Source: Botryllus schlosseri (lineage: Eukaryota). Taken from it: a stretch of 64,000 nucleotides of DNA. The stretch lies in NCBI GenBank assembly GCA_051294905.1, contig CM119372.1, positions 13,208,001-13,272,000 on the forward strand, written 5' to 3'. Under the pieces are notes generated by a model. The model searched no databases and was not told the DNA's origin. It was given only the letters and a program-made list of their open reading frames with translations. Positions 39,006-50,916 of the stretch are shown in pieces (within the stretch, counting starts at the first letter, position 1; each line of letters starts with the position of its first letter). The position numbers and the translations under genes were made by a program.

Positions 39006-39818
39006 GGTTAATAATAGCAACCTAATTTGACGCAAAGGGCTAACGAAAACAACAAATATGTTTATCAGAAAACAAGGCACGCTGTTCACATATCAACGAT
39101 GAGCCGTCACACTTCATTTGATATGTATGGAGCCATAGTAGTTTAGTGCTGCTGAGCTATATAAACAGTTTAGTGCGGTGCAGTTCAGTTTATTTATAAT
39201 TTTTATCATTTTAAAACACCACAAGACTGCGATACAATGAAAATATAGGACTTATGAATAGTATCATTTTGTTGGTACAAGCATGGAAAACTGAATGAAG
39301 CAAGATACCATAAGGAAAGGAAAGGAAAGGACGTAGTTTATTTTTATCCTCATTATCATCATTGGTTTATTAGCAATCCTTGATGTTTTTTGCGGCATAC
39401 ACCGACTCATGATACACATACCATGAGTGCATGATGTGCATATGCCGCTGGACAAGTAAGTGCAGATAGAACCTTTACGGCGTTCTATGTCATGCACCAC
39501 CCCTTCATGCTATCCCAGTAATGCATGAGCGCCAAGCAGGGAAGTCATGGACATAGGCGCCGAGTTACGGGGTGGCGGGGTGGCGCAGCCACCCCATGAA
39601 ATACTTATGGGGTGACGGCCACCCCATACAATAAGATGAAACGCTCACCGTCTGCGATTTCAAATCATCAGCGCTCTCAATTAGCGAGTCCGTGATAGCC
39701 CGTAAATGTAAACTATTTACCATTAACCGATTCGCGCGCGAATAATTGAATACGCAGCTTCGTCGGCGACGACGAACTAGTGCTTAAAACGCCCCAATAA
39801 ATTGTAATGCGTGATTAG

Positions 39819-40315
39819 TAGGGCAAGTTTTTGCAAGTTTTTCAACTTTTTTTACATCTTCCGGCAGCTTCCTAAATACTCGTAAAATACGTAGAATGCT
39901 ATTTTAAGCTGTTTGAAGGCATCTTATAGTGCAACTTTTTGCAACTTTTGTCCATTTTTTTCATGCAACTTTTTGCAACATTTTGCAACTTTTTCGATTT
40001 TTCAGGAAAGTATTTTTTATTTTGGTGAAATACACGGCCAAATTCGACTGAAATACCATAAATCAGCACTGAAGTAACGCTCTTACGGGTATTTCGGGAG
40101 CTGAGCTGGAAAGTTGACCTTTTTTTTCAGTCAATCAATAGAGAATGCGGATGGAAAACTGTATTTCGGGAGTGGAACTGGGAAGTTGACCTTTTTTTTA
40201 GTCAGCCGATGAAAATGTGGTCTTTTAGTGCAACTTTTGTGAAAAAATGAATGCAACTTTTGTCAAAAATAAATTCAACTTTTCACGGATATAACTGCAA
40301 CAAAAACTTGCCCTA
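39819..40315. mobile_element. MITE with GCAACTTTT subterminal repeats
   Basis: TIRs tagggcaagtttttg / caaaaacttgcccta; exact TSD GTGATTAG. Confidence 0.9.
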
Positions 40316-40750
40316 GTGATTAGTAATCAGACAATCGAAGCAACCTCGGTTACGTCGATTTCGACACGCTTGCGCTGAGAAACACCATCTTCTCTCTCGA
40401 CCAGACGAGAGAATTCACGTTCTCCTATGACGTTGATGTGTATTTGCGCCCATATTCGTTTACAAAATAATTCTTGAGTTAGTTCCGTGTTAGTCTCGTT
40501 AATTAGAGGCTTGGAACGCGAAATAGGACAGTGTGTTTGTGTAGCCTATGCCTGCGAATTGAAAGTCATTCCTGCGCAAAATGCGCATATTCATTACTGT
40601 GATTGTGATTAACGTAATTATTATGTGTGTGCTCCCGACGCTCCTGTCACGCGATCGACAGAACGGGCTCGAAGGCGAGAGGACTGGTTGTGCGGTTTTT
40701 ACGGAAACGTTTTAAATACATTGAACTATATTACAAGCTATCGCGGCCCA

Positions 40751-41536
40751 ATGGCGAATATGAAGTTAACTGATATTGTGAAGAATTAGGCCTACGTAGA
40801 TTATCCAACGTCTGGGGATTTTGCAAAGTGGGTTGAGAAACGAGAACTGGTTGCCGAGCTTCAAGAACTGACGGACAAATTGCCAACTATTTTCCCATTG
40901 CTATTGGATGGTGCTGCATTTGCAGTGTTCAAGCAGTTGCCAGAGGCGGACAGAAAGGATTACAGCAAGTCAAAAGAAGCTATTTTGAATGCGTTTGGGG
41001 TAAATTGTTACGACGCGTATGGCCAATTCCAGCGAAGAATACTGCTGGATGACGAGCCTGTCGATGTGTACCTTCCCGACCTAAAAAGGCTGGCGCTATT
41101 GATTGGGTTGAAGGTGGATGCATCCGAGGCGTTAATTCGGTGCGCATTTGTAAATGGACTCCCATCAGAAGTTTCAGGCCAGTTAAAGTCTGTAGCAGGA
41201 TTGGACAAAATGAATTTGAGTGATCTTGTTGCACGGGCACGAGTAATAATGTCGGTCCGCAGCACCTTCAGTGTATCGTGCGGGGTCGGCTCGCGTCAGC
41301 GTAAGTACAACAGTTTTTTCTGCGGGAAGCTTGGTCACTTTGCTAGAGAATGTCCCATGAAAGAGCCGAGAAATGACGGTAACGAAACGGTCAGGAGGCA
41401 ACCAAGACGTTTTTCCTGCGGGAAGCTTGGCCATGTAGCCCGACAATGCAGAGCTGATGAACGTAACGAACCACAGCAGGAAAACTACCAAGGAGAACCG
41501 TCAGCACCGGACGCGTTCTCCCGGATTCACAAGTAG
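40751..41536 (+). pseudogene. gag with two degenerate CCHC zinc knuckles; in-frame TAG at 40787
   Basis: ATG 40751 is in frame with ORF 40880-41536; knuckles FFCGKLGHFAREC and FSCGKLGHVARQC each lack the first Cys. Confidence 0.88.
41479..41525 (+). promoter_or_regulatory. Predicted -1 ribosomal frameshift signal (gag to pol)
   Basis: G_GAA_AAC in the gag frame, 6-nt spacer, stem ggagaac-cgtc / gacg-c-gttctcc; the -1 frame is open from here into pol. Confidence 0.72.
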
Positions 41537-44470
41537 CGAAAAAGGTGCTTCCGTTTGTTGTAGTTGTAATTGGTGGAAAACCTCTCAAGGCTCTGGTGGA
41601 TACTGGGTGTCAGCAATCTGTTGTTCTTGAAGACGTATGTCGTCGTATGGGATATAACGCTTCTGGTCCTAGAAGGATTGTCGAGATGCTAAATGGAGAA
41701 AGTACTAGCTGTTACGGAGAGACCATGGTAACGATGGTTGTAAGCGAGACCAACGTCAGGGTGCGATGCCTGGTGGCCTCCGAGCTGGTATGTGCTGCTG
41801 ACTTGATTCTCGGTATTGATGTTATCCAGCAACTGGGCGGGGTATTCGTTGATCCAAACCTGGACGTGTGGTTTGGTGCAAAGGTGTGTGTAGCAAGTGC
41901 GGTGGTCGGGACGAATAAACAATTGCAAATTGACGATAAAGATTTCATTGCAAAATTTGATGGAGCGAAGTGGACTATGGAGTGGAGATGGGAAAATGGC
42001 GAGCCGGAGTTGACGAATCAATGTGCCGGATATCAGATACCATCGGAGTGTCGTACATCGTTTGATAATGAACTGAGTCAATGGATCAGAGACGGATGGT
42101 TGGTGGAGTACGATCCTGCTCGTCACGGGTCCCACGAGGGAATAATCCCACTGCTGGCGGTCAAGCAACCGAACAAAGAGCAGAAGGTACGACCGGTGAT
42201 GGACTACCGCGAGCTGAATTCCCATGTCATGAGTCACCCCGGAATGGATGCGGCTGTATGCCAAGATAAATTGAGAAATTGGCGCAAACGAAGTAATCGC
42301 GCATCTATCTTGGATATCCGGAAGGCATACCTACAGATTCACGTGTCAGAGAGGCTGCAAAAATTCCAAGTAGTGCGACATCAAGGAAAAGTTTACGTTA
42401 TGACACGAATGGGGTTCGGTTTGAACATCGGCCCAAACGTGATGACCAAGATCATTTCTACCGTATTGTCACTGGAAGACGATATAGCAAGGGTAACCGA
42501 CCATTATATCGACGACATATGGGTTGATGAGAATGTTGTGGTGGTTGAGAAAGTGCGCAGGCATTTGGCAAGTTATGGGTTAGCGACGAAGGATCCAGTT
42601 CCGTTGCGTGATGCACGTGTACTTGGATTGCGGGTGAATAAGACCCAGGATGGAGTACTGGAGTGGAAAAGAGATGGTGATCTGCCGAGTTTGAACGGCC
42701 ACATGACGATGAGGGGGCTATATTCTGTGTTCGGTAAGCTCACAGGGCATTATCCCGTGGCCGGGTGGTTGAGAACGGCCTGCAGTCATGTAAAACGCCT
42801 TACTAACGAGATAGCGTGGGATGCGGTAATACCGAATGCGGTTAGGCATTTGGCCGAAGAAATCTTGACGAAGGTACGAGAGACCGATCCAGTAAGAGGT
42901 GACTGGAGAGTATATCGTGATGGCAGAGCGCAAATATGGTGCGATGCGAGCAATATGGCGGTGGCATGCTGTTTGACCGTAAATGGGAAGGTTGTCGAAG
43001 ATGCAGCATGGATGAGGAAAGAGGACGACGGAACGCATATAAATGTCGCGGAGCTCGACGCTGTCGTAAAGGGATTGAGTTTGGTGCTGAGATGGGGTTT
43101 CACAAATGTGGAAGTTGTGACCGACTCGGTCAGCGTGTTCCATTGGGTCACGTCAATATTGGAAGATCCGCGCCGACATAGAGTCAGCGGGCTAAGTGAA
43201 ATGATTATTAAAAGAAGATTGGGAATTATCGCGCAGCTCTTTCAGGAATACTGCATGGAGGTTACAATTCGTTGGGTACCATCGTCGGAGAATCTCGCAG
43301 ATGCACTAACGAGAGTCCCGCAACGCTGGCTAAAGAAGGTGTGTCTTGGAGTAAACCGGCGTAATGAGAACGTGATTGAACAGGTACGGACTCTTCATAA
43401 CGTGTATCACCTAGGTGTGAATCGGACGCTTTTCGTGGCCAAAAGAAGCATTGGCGAAGCTGTTACTCGTGATGTTGTTCAACGAGTAATCAATGAGTGC
43501 AACATCTGTCGCAGAATTGATCCCGAGTCCCGTGAGATGGGAACACGGGCAACTTCCGTTCCCGTTGTCTGGGAGCGCCTGGAACTTGACATTACTTACG
43601 TCAACACTCGACCATACCTGAGTTTGATCGACTGCGGGCCTAGTCGATTTGCGATTTGGCGGGCGGTGCGAAATGAAACGGCCGATCAAATCATCCAGAT
43701 CCTTGAACAAGTCTTCTCGGACAGAGGTGCGCCGAGTGAAATTCTGAGTGATAACGGACCTTGTTTTACTAGCCAGAAAATGCGCCAGTCTTTAAACAGT
43801 TGGGGGGTGGAACATGTGTTCGGCTGCGCCTACTGGCATTCTGGAAACGGTATTGTGGAGCGGAATCACAGAACTATCAAAAGAATGGCCGCGAGATCTG
43901 GAGGTAGTGTTGAACGAATGGTGTATTGGTACAATCACACTCCGAATTCGGAGGATATTGTACCTGCGGATAAGGTGTTTCGCTATGAATCTGGTTTGCC
44001 ATCTTCAATGATCCGCGCAAAATAGTTCCAACCCATACCGAGTCGGTGATGTAGTGTTCGTGAAGCCACCAAATGCTCGATGTACTACTCCATGGAATAG
44101 AGGTGTCGTTACCAGGGTTGTCGCCGACGTGGTGGTTGAGGTTGACGGGATGAATCGACATCTTTCTGACGTTAGACTCGCCGTCGGCGATCTACCTAAC
44201 CCACCAGGAAGTGTTACGACGCGCGAAATCGACTTGAATTGTAGCAGAGGAGATGATGCCATTGATACGGAAAACAGCGGTAACTCGGGTGAAGCTAATG
44301 GTCCAGTCGGTACGGAAGAGAATATCACCGATGGGAATAACTCGGCTAATCTGGATCAACCTGGTGATGACAATGTCGATCAAGATATTGAGAGAAATCA
44401 CTCTGAACATTCGCGACCAAATCCGGATCGAGCGCCGCCACAATGGCTGGCTGATTTTTATGTAGGCTAG
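41486..44470 (+). pseudogene. pol polyprotein (protease, RT, RNase H, integrase); frameshift near 44020 separates the C-terminal part
   Basis: LVDTG; LDIRKAYLQ, RMGFGL, YIDD; CDAS..AEL..TDS..ADALTR; HHCC and ELD..SDNG..VERNHR; continues in the 44054-44470 frame. Confidence 0.93.
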
Positions 44471-45121
44471 ATGTTGAGTGTATCTGTACTAAGAATAAGT
44501 GATTTTTTTTACATTTTGATTTGTTCGCGCGTAATGCTTATGCCTTGTGATGATTGCATATACCTTGCAAGTTTTAGCCTTCAAGTACGAATTCTGTATG
44601 CTACAAATTCCAGTTATCATCGCTTTCGTCCATCGTTTGAGGCACACCTACACCGCAGTTTTTCGTTTCTTGTACGCCAGTATGTTTTAATTGTGGGATC
44701 CACTTTGTGTGCTTCTAATAGCAAACGACTCGTGTTAATTTATTCAGAATTAGCCCATTGGCCAGACAGTCTTATATAGGCTCTGGCTCACTGCGGGGTT
44801 ACACTCAAAAGCTTTGAATTTGGTTCAGTGATCGTTAGATCACGGGGGTAGGAAGACCAAATGACTCCCCGTCCCCGTCAATAGATCACAGGCATATATC
44901 GAAATTTAACTTTCAATTTGATGTATCGATATGTGTACACTGCGTATAAGTTTTTTTGTTTCCACACGATGACTTGGCTTCCCGTGCGATCTTCAGACCA
45001 AGGGGAAGTTTGCCGTTTCATGTATACACTGTTTTAGAATTGTTCACCTGGTTTTCACGTTTGAAGTTACATCGTTGCGTTATGTGTTGGTTTCCCTTGT
45101 GATCTTTAGATCAAGGGGAAG

Positions 45122-45437
45122 GACGTAGTTTATTTTTGTCCTTGATGTTTTTGCGGCATATACACCGACTCATGATATACATACACACGATCTGCGCATA
45201 TGCATACCATGAGTGCATGATGTGCATATGCCGCTGGACAAGGAAGTGCAGATATAGCCTTTACGACTTTCTAAGTCATGCACCAGCCCTCCAATCTATC
45301 CCAGTAATGCATGAGCGCCAAGCAGGGAAGCCATGGATACCAGTGTTACTAATCAGGTCTTTGGTCTGACCCGGCCGGGAATCGAACCCACGACCTACCG
45401 ATCAAGAAGCCGGACGCTTAACCATTACGCTATCTTG
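45122..45437 (-). mobile_element. tRNA-derived SINE (family A), full length
   Basis: A box TAGCGTAATGG, B box GGTTCGATTCC; TSD tttagatcaaggggaag (45105-45121; right copy split by a MITE). Confidence 0.88.
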
Positions 45438-45445
45438 ATTTAGAT

Positions 45446-47292
45446 CAGTGGTTCTTAACCTTTTTTCCTCCAGCGCCCCCTTTCAAAAATTATCGTGCTC
45501 CAGCGCCCCCCAACTTCATATTGTGAGGAATGTAATAAAGGCAGGGCCGTAACAGCACTTCGTCAACCCCCCCCCCCTATAAACGATTGCCTTGCGTACC
45601 CATAGCGTGATAAAACCAAACTTCTGAGGGCTTCGCCACCACGAACCCCATAGCGTGATTTCGATGGTCAGCAAAGTTTGTGTGGCCTGAATGATGCATG
45701 AATGAATAGGTGGTAATTACATATATAAGTCGCTATAAACTTTTTATCCTCTCAGCCCACGTAATTAGATTTACCAGTAGCGCTGAGTGAGCTGTTGTAT
45801 AGGAAAATAAACGGCCCGTAAGTAATAGTTGAACATATTCGGGCGTGCCCGTAGGTAAAATTATTCGTTACCAGGGCCATAACAGCACTTCGTCAGCCCC
45901 CCCCCCCAAACAAAAAACGTTGGTCCTGGGCCCCAATCGGGCGATGAACCAAACTACCAGGGTACTTCACCCCGAGACCCCCATTCGGCTGTCCGCTATT
46001 TGCTGATATGCTGGTATTTGCTGATTTTTGCTATTTGCTGATTTGCTGGTATCTACATTGGGTGTCCATTTACTGAGGCAGCTACTCTCGCCTAGACGCG
46101 CGAAGCGCGGAAAATTTCACTAATTAATGATTGAAATTGGTCAATATGATCGGGAATTGGATGTATATTGAGATCAATTTTTATCTTCTCTCTGCTCTCG
46201 TAAACAGATTTACCGGTAGAGCTGAGTGATGTGTGTTTGAAAAGGTAGGACCCCTCAATAATAATTATAGATCTTCGGGCGTATACCCGTTGGCAGGAAC
46301 GAAACGTCACTTCGTCAGGCCCCCGAAAAAACTTGGGTCTTGGGCTCCCATAGGGTGATAAACCAACCGCCACCCCCCCCCCCCCCACATCACGTTGTTC
46401 GCTTTTGCCACGGAATCAGCTGTACTGTTTAGCGAGCCAGTGCGAAGCGCGAAAACTTTTGATAATTCATGCTAAAATCGGTCAGTAAGACCGGGACCGG
46501 GAATTGCAAATATATTGCTACCAATTTCTTGTCCTCTGTGCTCACGTTACCAGATTTACCGGTAGAGCTGAGTGAGATGCAATGTTCCCTCAAAGTTGCG
46601 CACGTGCGCAGTGCTGACACCGTCTCTGCGTACAGAAAATCTACGTTGCTCACAACAAATCCGAAGTTAGGACCTTTTTTTTAATCGTCGTTACGCACTG
46701 TTGTCCAAGGGTCAGCGCAGTGACTTGTTGAGTGTGCGCAGACTCATCAAAACTTGAGGCGAACATTGTGAGGTGTCTTGGAAACTGTAGGGCCCGTAAC
46801 TAATAATTAAACATATTCGGGCGGGCGAACCCGTTGATATGACTTCGTTGCATGATGTTATTTCGTGACCTCCTGTCTGCAATATCAAAAAATATAGAAT
46901 CGCCCAACAGGAATATCCCTGTCGCCCAATCTTACTAAACTAAGAGACACACACGATTTCAAATTGGTATTTCTTCACTGGCATATAATTTTTCCCTGCC
47001 AGATGGAATTCGTGTTCTTGGGTGCAGATTGCCAAGACAGGAACATTCGGTGCCAGTCATTTAGGCGCCCATGGACAATTAAACCTATATGTATTTTGAA
47101 GGCTATATATAACGAAGTTTTCGGTGTTAATTTGCTCTGAATACTCATTAAGGATATGTTCTATCATCACATCATCTACTGCGAAGCCATTTTCCTCCAG
47201 CGCCCCCCATATCGCCCCCTGAGCGTTTCCGCCCCCCTTCAAAATCGCCAGCGCCCCCTGGGGGGCGCTGGGAGCAAGGTTAAGAACCACTG
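45446..47292. mobile_element. hAT/Charlie-like MITE with nested MITEs (about 45542-47125 and 46580-46768)
   Basis: TIRs cagtggttcttaacctt / aaggttaagaaccactg; exact TSD ATTTAGAT; the inner part is an inverted relative of 1268-2557, itself interrupted by caatgttccctc..gaggcgaacattg. Confidence 0.88.
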
Positions 47293-49481
47293 ATTTAGAT
47301 CAAGGGGAAGTGTGATTGTGATTAACGTAATTATTATGTGTGTGCTCCCGACGCTCCTGTCACGCGATCGACAGAACGGGCTCGAAGGCGAGAGGACTGG
47401 TTGTGCGGTTTTTACGGAAACGTTTTAAATACATTGAACTATATTACAATTACTCCAACATGGCTTTGCCAACTTTTATCGGGAAATGCAACAATGCAGC
47501 TCAAACGTCGTTATAATGAGCAAACAGTTGTCGCGATGTCAGACTCGGAGCCCCATTGTGCTGTACGCAAATTGAGGAATTACTGATTCGTTCGCTATCA
47601 TCTGTACAGTAGGCTACTAATTCTTGTCTGCTTTATACACTCGCGTTCCCTATAAGTGTCACTTACCAGTGTTTGAGTTGTTATTAATATCTCGCAATGT
47701 GCAGTGCACAGCGTTGAATTACGTTGTCAAATATTGATGCAACACGAGATTCTCGGTAGCGCAAATTCTGAATTTATAGGATAGGTTTGAACGGGAACCT
47801 TCTATGTTCCAATACACTTCATTGCTGGACGGACTCTGTCGACCGCAACCATATCGCGGATAGAATTTCAAACCTTTGGGATATGTATTTCTATTGATAA
47901 GGTCGCGCCATGCGCCCATATCGCTCTTGCTGCAATAACACGTGGATAATTGAAAGCGCACCATTTTACGATCAAATTCGACTTGCTGATCGGGGCCTAC
48001 GTAGGCCGTATAGGCCCCGGGCTGATATTAACCAGCGCGTTGTCGGCATTAAAACCCCAGATGCGTAGCCAAGGAGTTTCTCATTTACAACTAGAAATCC
48101 CGTTCTTTCGAAATGCCAATTCACTAATTCGTATTATCGATGCTGCGTACTGCAAATTAGCTAGAATCATTTGTATGCGAAATGGGTCATCGATATCTCA
48201 TGTGCACTATCGTCGGTATTTTGATTTAGCACGTCCGCATGCAGGCCTGCTGTCGTCCGCAAAAACACTTTCGCCAAACAGTAACAATCTCCGAGTGTAA
48301 TATTGTTTGTGTTCATGTTCATGTATCTTTTTGATTAACACTTATGCCCGCGTCCGAGCAAATTGTGCTCGTTGCCATTGCCGAATCTGGGTATTTGGGT
48401 ATGATTAGCGCACCCTGTAATTGTAATTATTGCAGGTTTGCGGCATGTCTGCAATTTCGTTATCAGCGCAACCTTGCCGGCCGATTGTACAGTCCGATAA
48501 TATTGATCAATACTATGTATTTCGCACAGCGTACTGATGCGTAACGAGCCTTATTAGATGTACAAATTCGACCCCATCGTTGGAAACCTAGATTCCATCG
48601 CGTGCTCTGAGAAACACCATCTCCTATCGCGATTTAACGACCAAATATACGTTCACATTCTACAAATTAAAGTGCATTAATTGCATCGATGAGGGCCGCA
48701 AGTCGCGTTTAAAATATTTTGTGAACCATTTTTGTGATAAATATTCGCGGAGCGCAAAGTTGAACAGTGTTTTATTGTGTGTGCCTGCTAGTTTGAATTT
48801 ATTCCAGTGCCCATAATATTATTCCAATTATGCTTTGCGGACGTAAATCGGAAAATGCTGTCAAAATCGATGTTTTAATCAGCAATCAATTGTCGCGATG
48901 CGAGCTACTCAATACTAAATAAAAACCCATTGTGTGGGCCGCGTGGGCGGTAAATGATAATTACTGATTGGCCGTGCGCGTTTGTAATCATAATTCCTGT
49001 CCGTCCTTCGTGTTCCAGAATTGTCGTGCCGTGTTACTGCTCAGTTCTCAGTCCAGCGATGAATGCCGAGTGCGCCGCAATCAATGACCTAATTTCGCAG
49101 TAGTCTCAGCGGGAGATCGCGTAGCGCTGCATTGTGCGATGCGATATGCGTGCACAAACGAATCTCGCTAATTGGTCGCGCCCCACGTAACACTGATAAC
49201 ACGACTTGTTGAATTGCAACTGAATATTAGCGCCAAGAATGGTCATTTCAAAAGGTCGGGGTTTTGCGAGGTCGGGGTTTTGCGTTTCAAAAGAAGGGGG
49301 GTTTCGACACCCCTTGGCCACTCGCCAGCCGCCACCCCATGCAAAAATAAAAGTCGGCGCCTATGGTCATGGATACCAGTGTTACTAATCAGGTCTTTGG
49401 TCTGACCCGGCCGAGGATCGAACCCACGACCTACCAATCAAGAAGCCGGACGCTTCACCATTACGCTATCTTGTCATAGTA

Positions 49482-49883
49482 TAGGGTTACCATACGTCCT
49501 CCTTTAGGAGGATTTGTCCTCCTTTTTGAGGTTTTTAAAAATGTCCTCCGAAGACGCCTAAATGTCCTCCTTTTTGAGATTTTGTCCTCTTTTTTGTGAA
49601 ATGTAGGGCAAATTCGACTAAGATACAGTAAATCAGCACTGAAGTAACCCTTCGGCGGCTATTTCGATAGCCGAGCCGGAAAATTGACCTTTTTTTAGTC
49701 AACCATGCACCTGATAATGTGAAAGAAAAACTGTAATTTGGGCACTGTGCGAGAAAGTTGACCTTTTTTTAGTCAGCCGACCACAAAGTGGGATAAATTT
49801 ACCATTTTTCTCCGGCATTGTAAGTTTGAAAATTTTTGAAAAAGTGTCCTACACTTTCTCGATTCCAAAATATGGTAACCCTA
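49482..49883. mobile_element. MITE, TAGGGTTACC-TIR family
   Basis: TIRs tagggttaccata / tatggtaacccta; TSD tcatagta / ccacagta. Confidence 0.85.
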
Positions 49884-49977
49884 CCACAGTAAAATTTAAT
49901 AATGGAATCGAATACTGTGCAGGAATTTTAGAAATTGTCATGCCAGAAATCTTTAATGTGCGAAGATCAGTTTATAT

Positions 49978-50819
49978 CAGTGTTGAGCAACGGACGGATT
50001 CGGATACGATTCGAACCGTATTTTGCACAATTTTGCGACAGCCGGGTCTGATTCGGATTCTATTCGGATATTTTTGGATTTCAAGTCAAAAGAATAAATC
50101 GTCAGGTCGACCACCAGAACGGACAGTGTACCCCCTGTGACAGGACTGGTAGCACTCTAAAGTTGGTCTGTTAAAGGTAGGGTTACCACATTTTGGAATC
50201 GGGAAGGAAGGATACTTTTTCAAACACAGAATACCGGTGGAAAATCCAGAAATCGTGGTAAATTTCTACCACTTCGTAGTCGGTTGACTAAAAAAGAGGT
50301 CAACTTCCTCGCTCGGAGCCCAAAATACAGTTTTTTCCTTCACATTGTCGGGTGGTTGACTAAAATATAAATAAAAAGTCAACTTTCGCTCAGCTCCCGA
50401 AATACCCGCCGGAGCGTTACTTCGGTGCAGATTTATGGCATCTCAGTCGAATTCTGCTATACATTTGATCGAAATTCCTAAAAAAGAGGACAAAATCTTA
50501 AAAGGAAGACATTTAGGCATCCTCGGAGGACATTTTCAAAAACCCGAAAAAGGAGGACAAATCCTCCTGAAGGAGGACGTGGTAACCCTAGTTAAAGGTC
50601 CACACAAATATAACTCAGCCAACTCTAGGCTTAGCTTTTGTTAAGGCTACGCCATAAATGTATCTTAGCTCAGCTGTACGACTGTGATTCTTCGAAAAAG
50701 TTATTCTATTCGAAATTTTCGGATTCGCGTGGATGAGATTGTTCGTGTTCGGACGGATAGTTCCTCAGAGACTCGAGCTATCGGATGGATTCGGATTCTA
50801 TCAGAAATCAATAGCACTG
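49978..50819. mobile_element. MITE with CGGAT repeats, containing a TAGGGTTACC MITE at 50178-50590
   Basis: Outer cagtg..cactg with TSD gtttatat / gtttatag; the inner element has exact TSD GTTAAAGG. Confidence 0.82.
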
Positions 50820-50916
50820 GTTTATAGCTCTGTGGTCTGCACGAATCGAAGACAAGTATGATTTTAAATGTTGATAGCAACGATAATTATATATCATTGG
50901 TGAAGGTATCAGTATC

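Larger units (their letters stand above)
40598..47448 (+). mobile_element. LTR retrotransposon (gag, PR-RT-RH-IN order), full length, mutated
   Basis: Identical 138-bp TG..CA LTRs at 40598-40735 and 47311-47448; 5-bp TSD ATTAC; PPT aaggggaag at 47302-47310. Confidence 0.96.
39552..49365. mobile_element. Non-autonomous hAT-like element hosting the LTR retrotransposon
   Basis: TIRs cataggcgccga / tcggcgcctatg; exact TSD GTCATGGA (39544-39551, 49366-49373). Confidence 0.9.
39312..49473 (-). mobile_element. tRNA-derived SINE (family A) split in two (39312-39551 and 49366-49473) by a 9.8-kb nested insertion
   Basis: The halves rejoin to match the intact copy at 45122-45437; head has A box TAGCGTAATGG and B box GGTTCGATCC; (TTTCC)n tail. 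Confidence 0.88.

Noticed and set aside
39006..39089. 28-aa hydrophobic N-terminal extension of EXOSC9 in the ORF track
   Set aside because: Starts at GTG; RRP45 similarity begins at the ATG at 39005.
41008..44443. Antisense and alternative-frame ORFs over gag-pol, and 30735-31253 over the gag-like ORF
   Set aside because: Shadow ORFs of coding sequence with no recognisable motifs.
45365..45437. tRNA gene (also 49400-49473 and 51730-51800)
   Set aside because: A and B boxes are present but I could not fold a proper acceptor stem, there is no adjacent poly-T terminator, and each continues into a repeat body with a simple-repeat tail: SINE heads.
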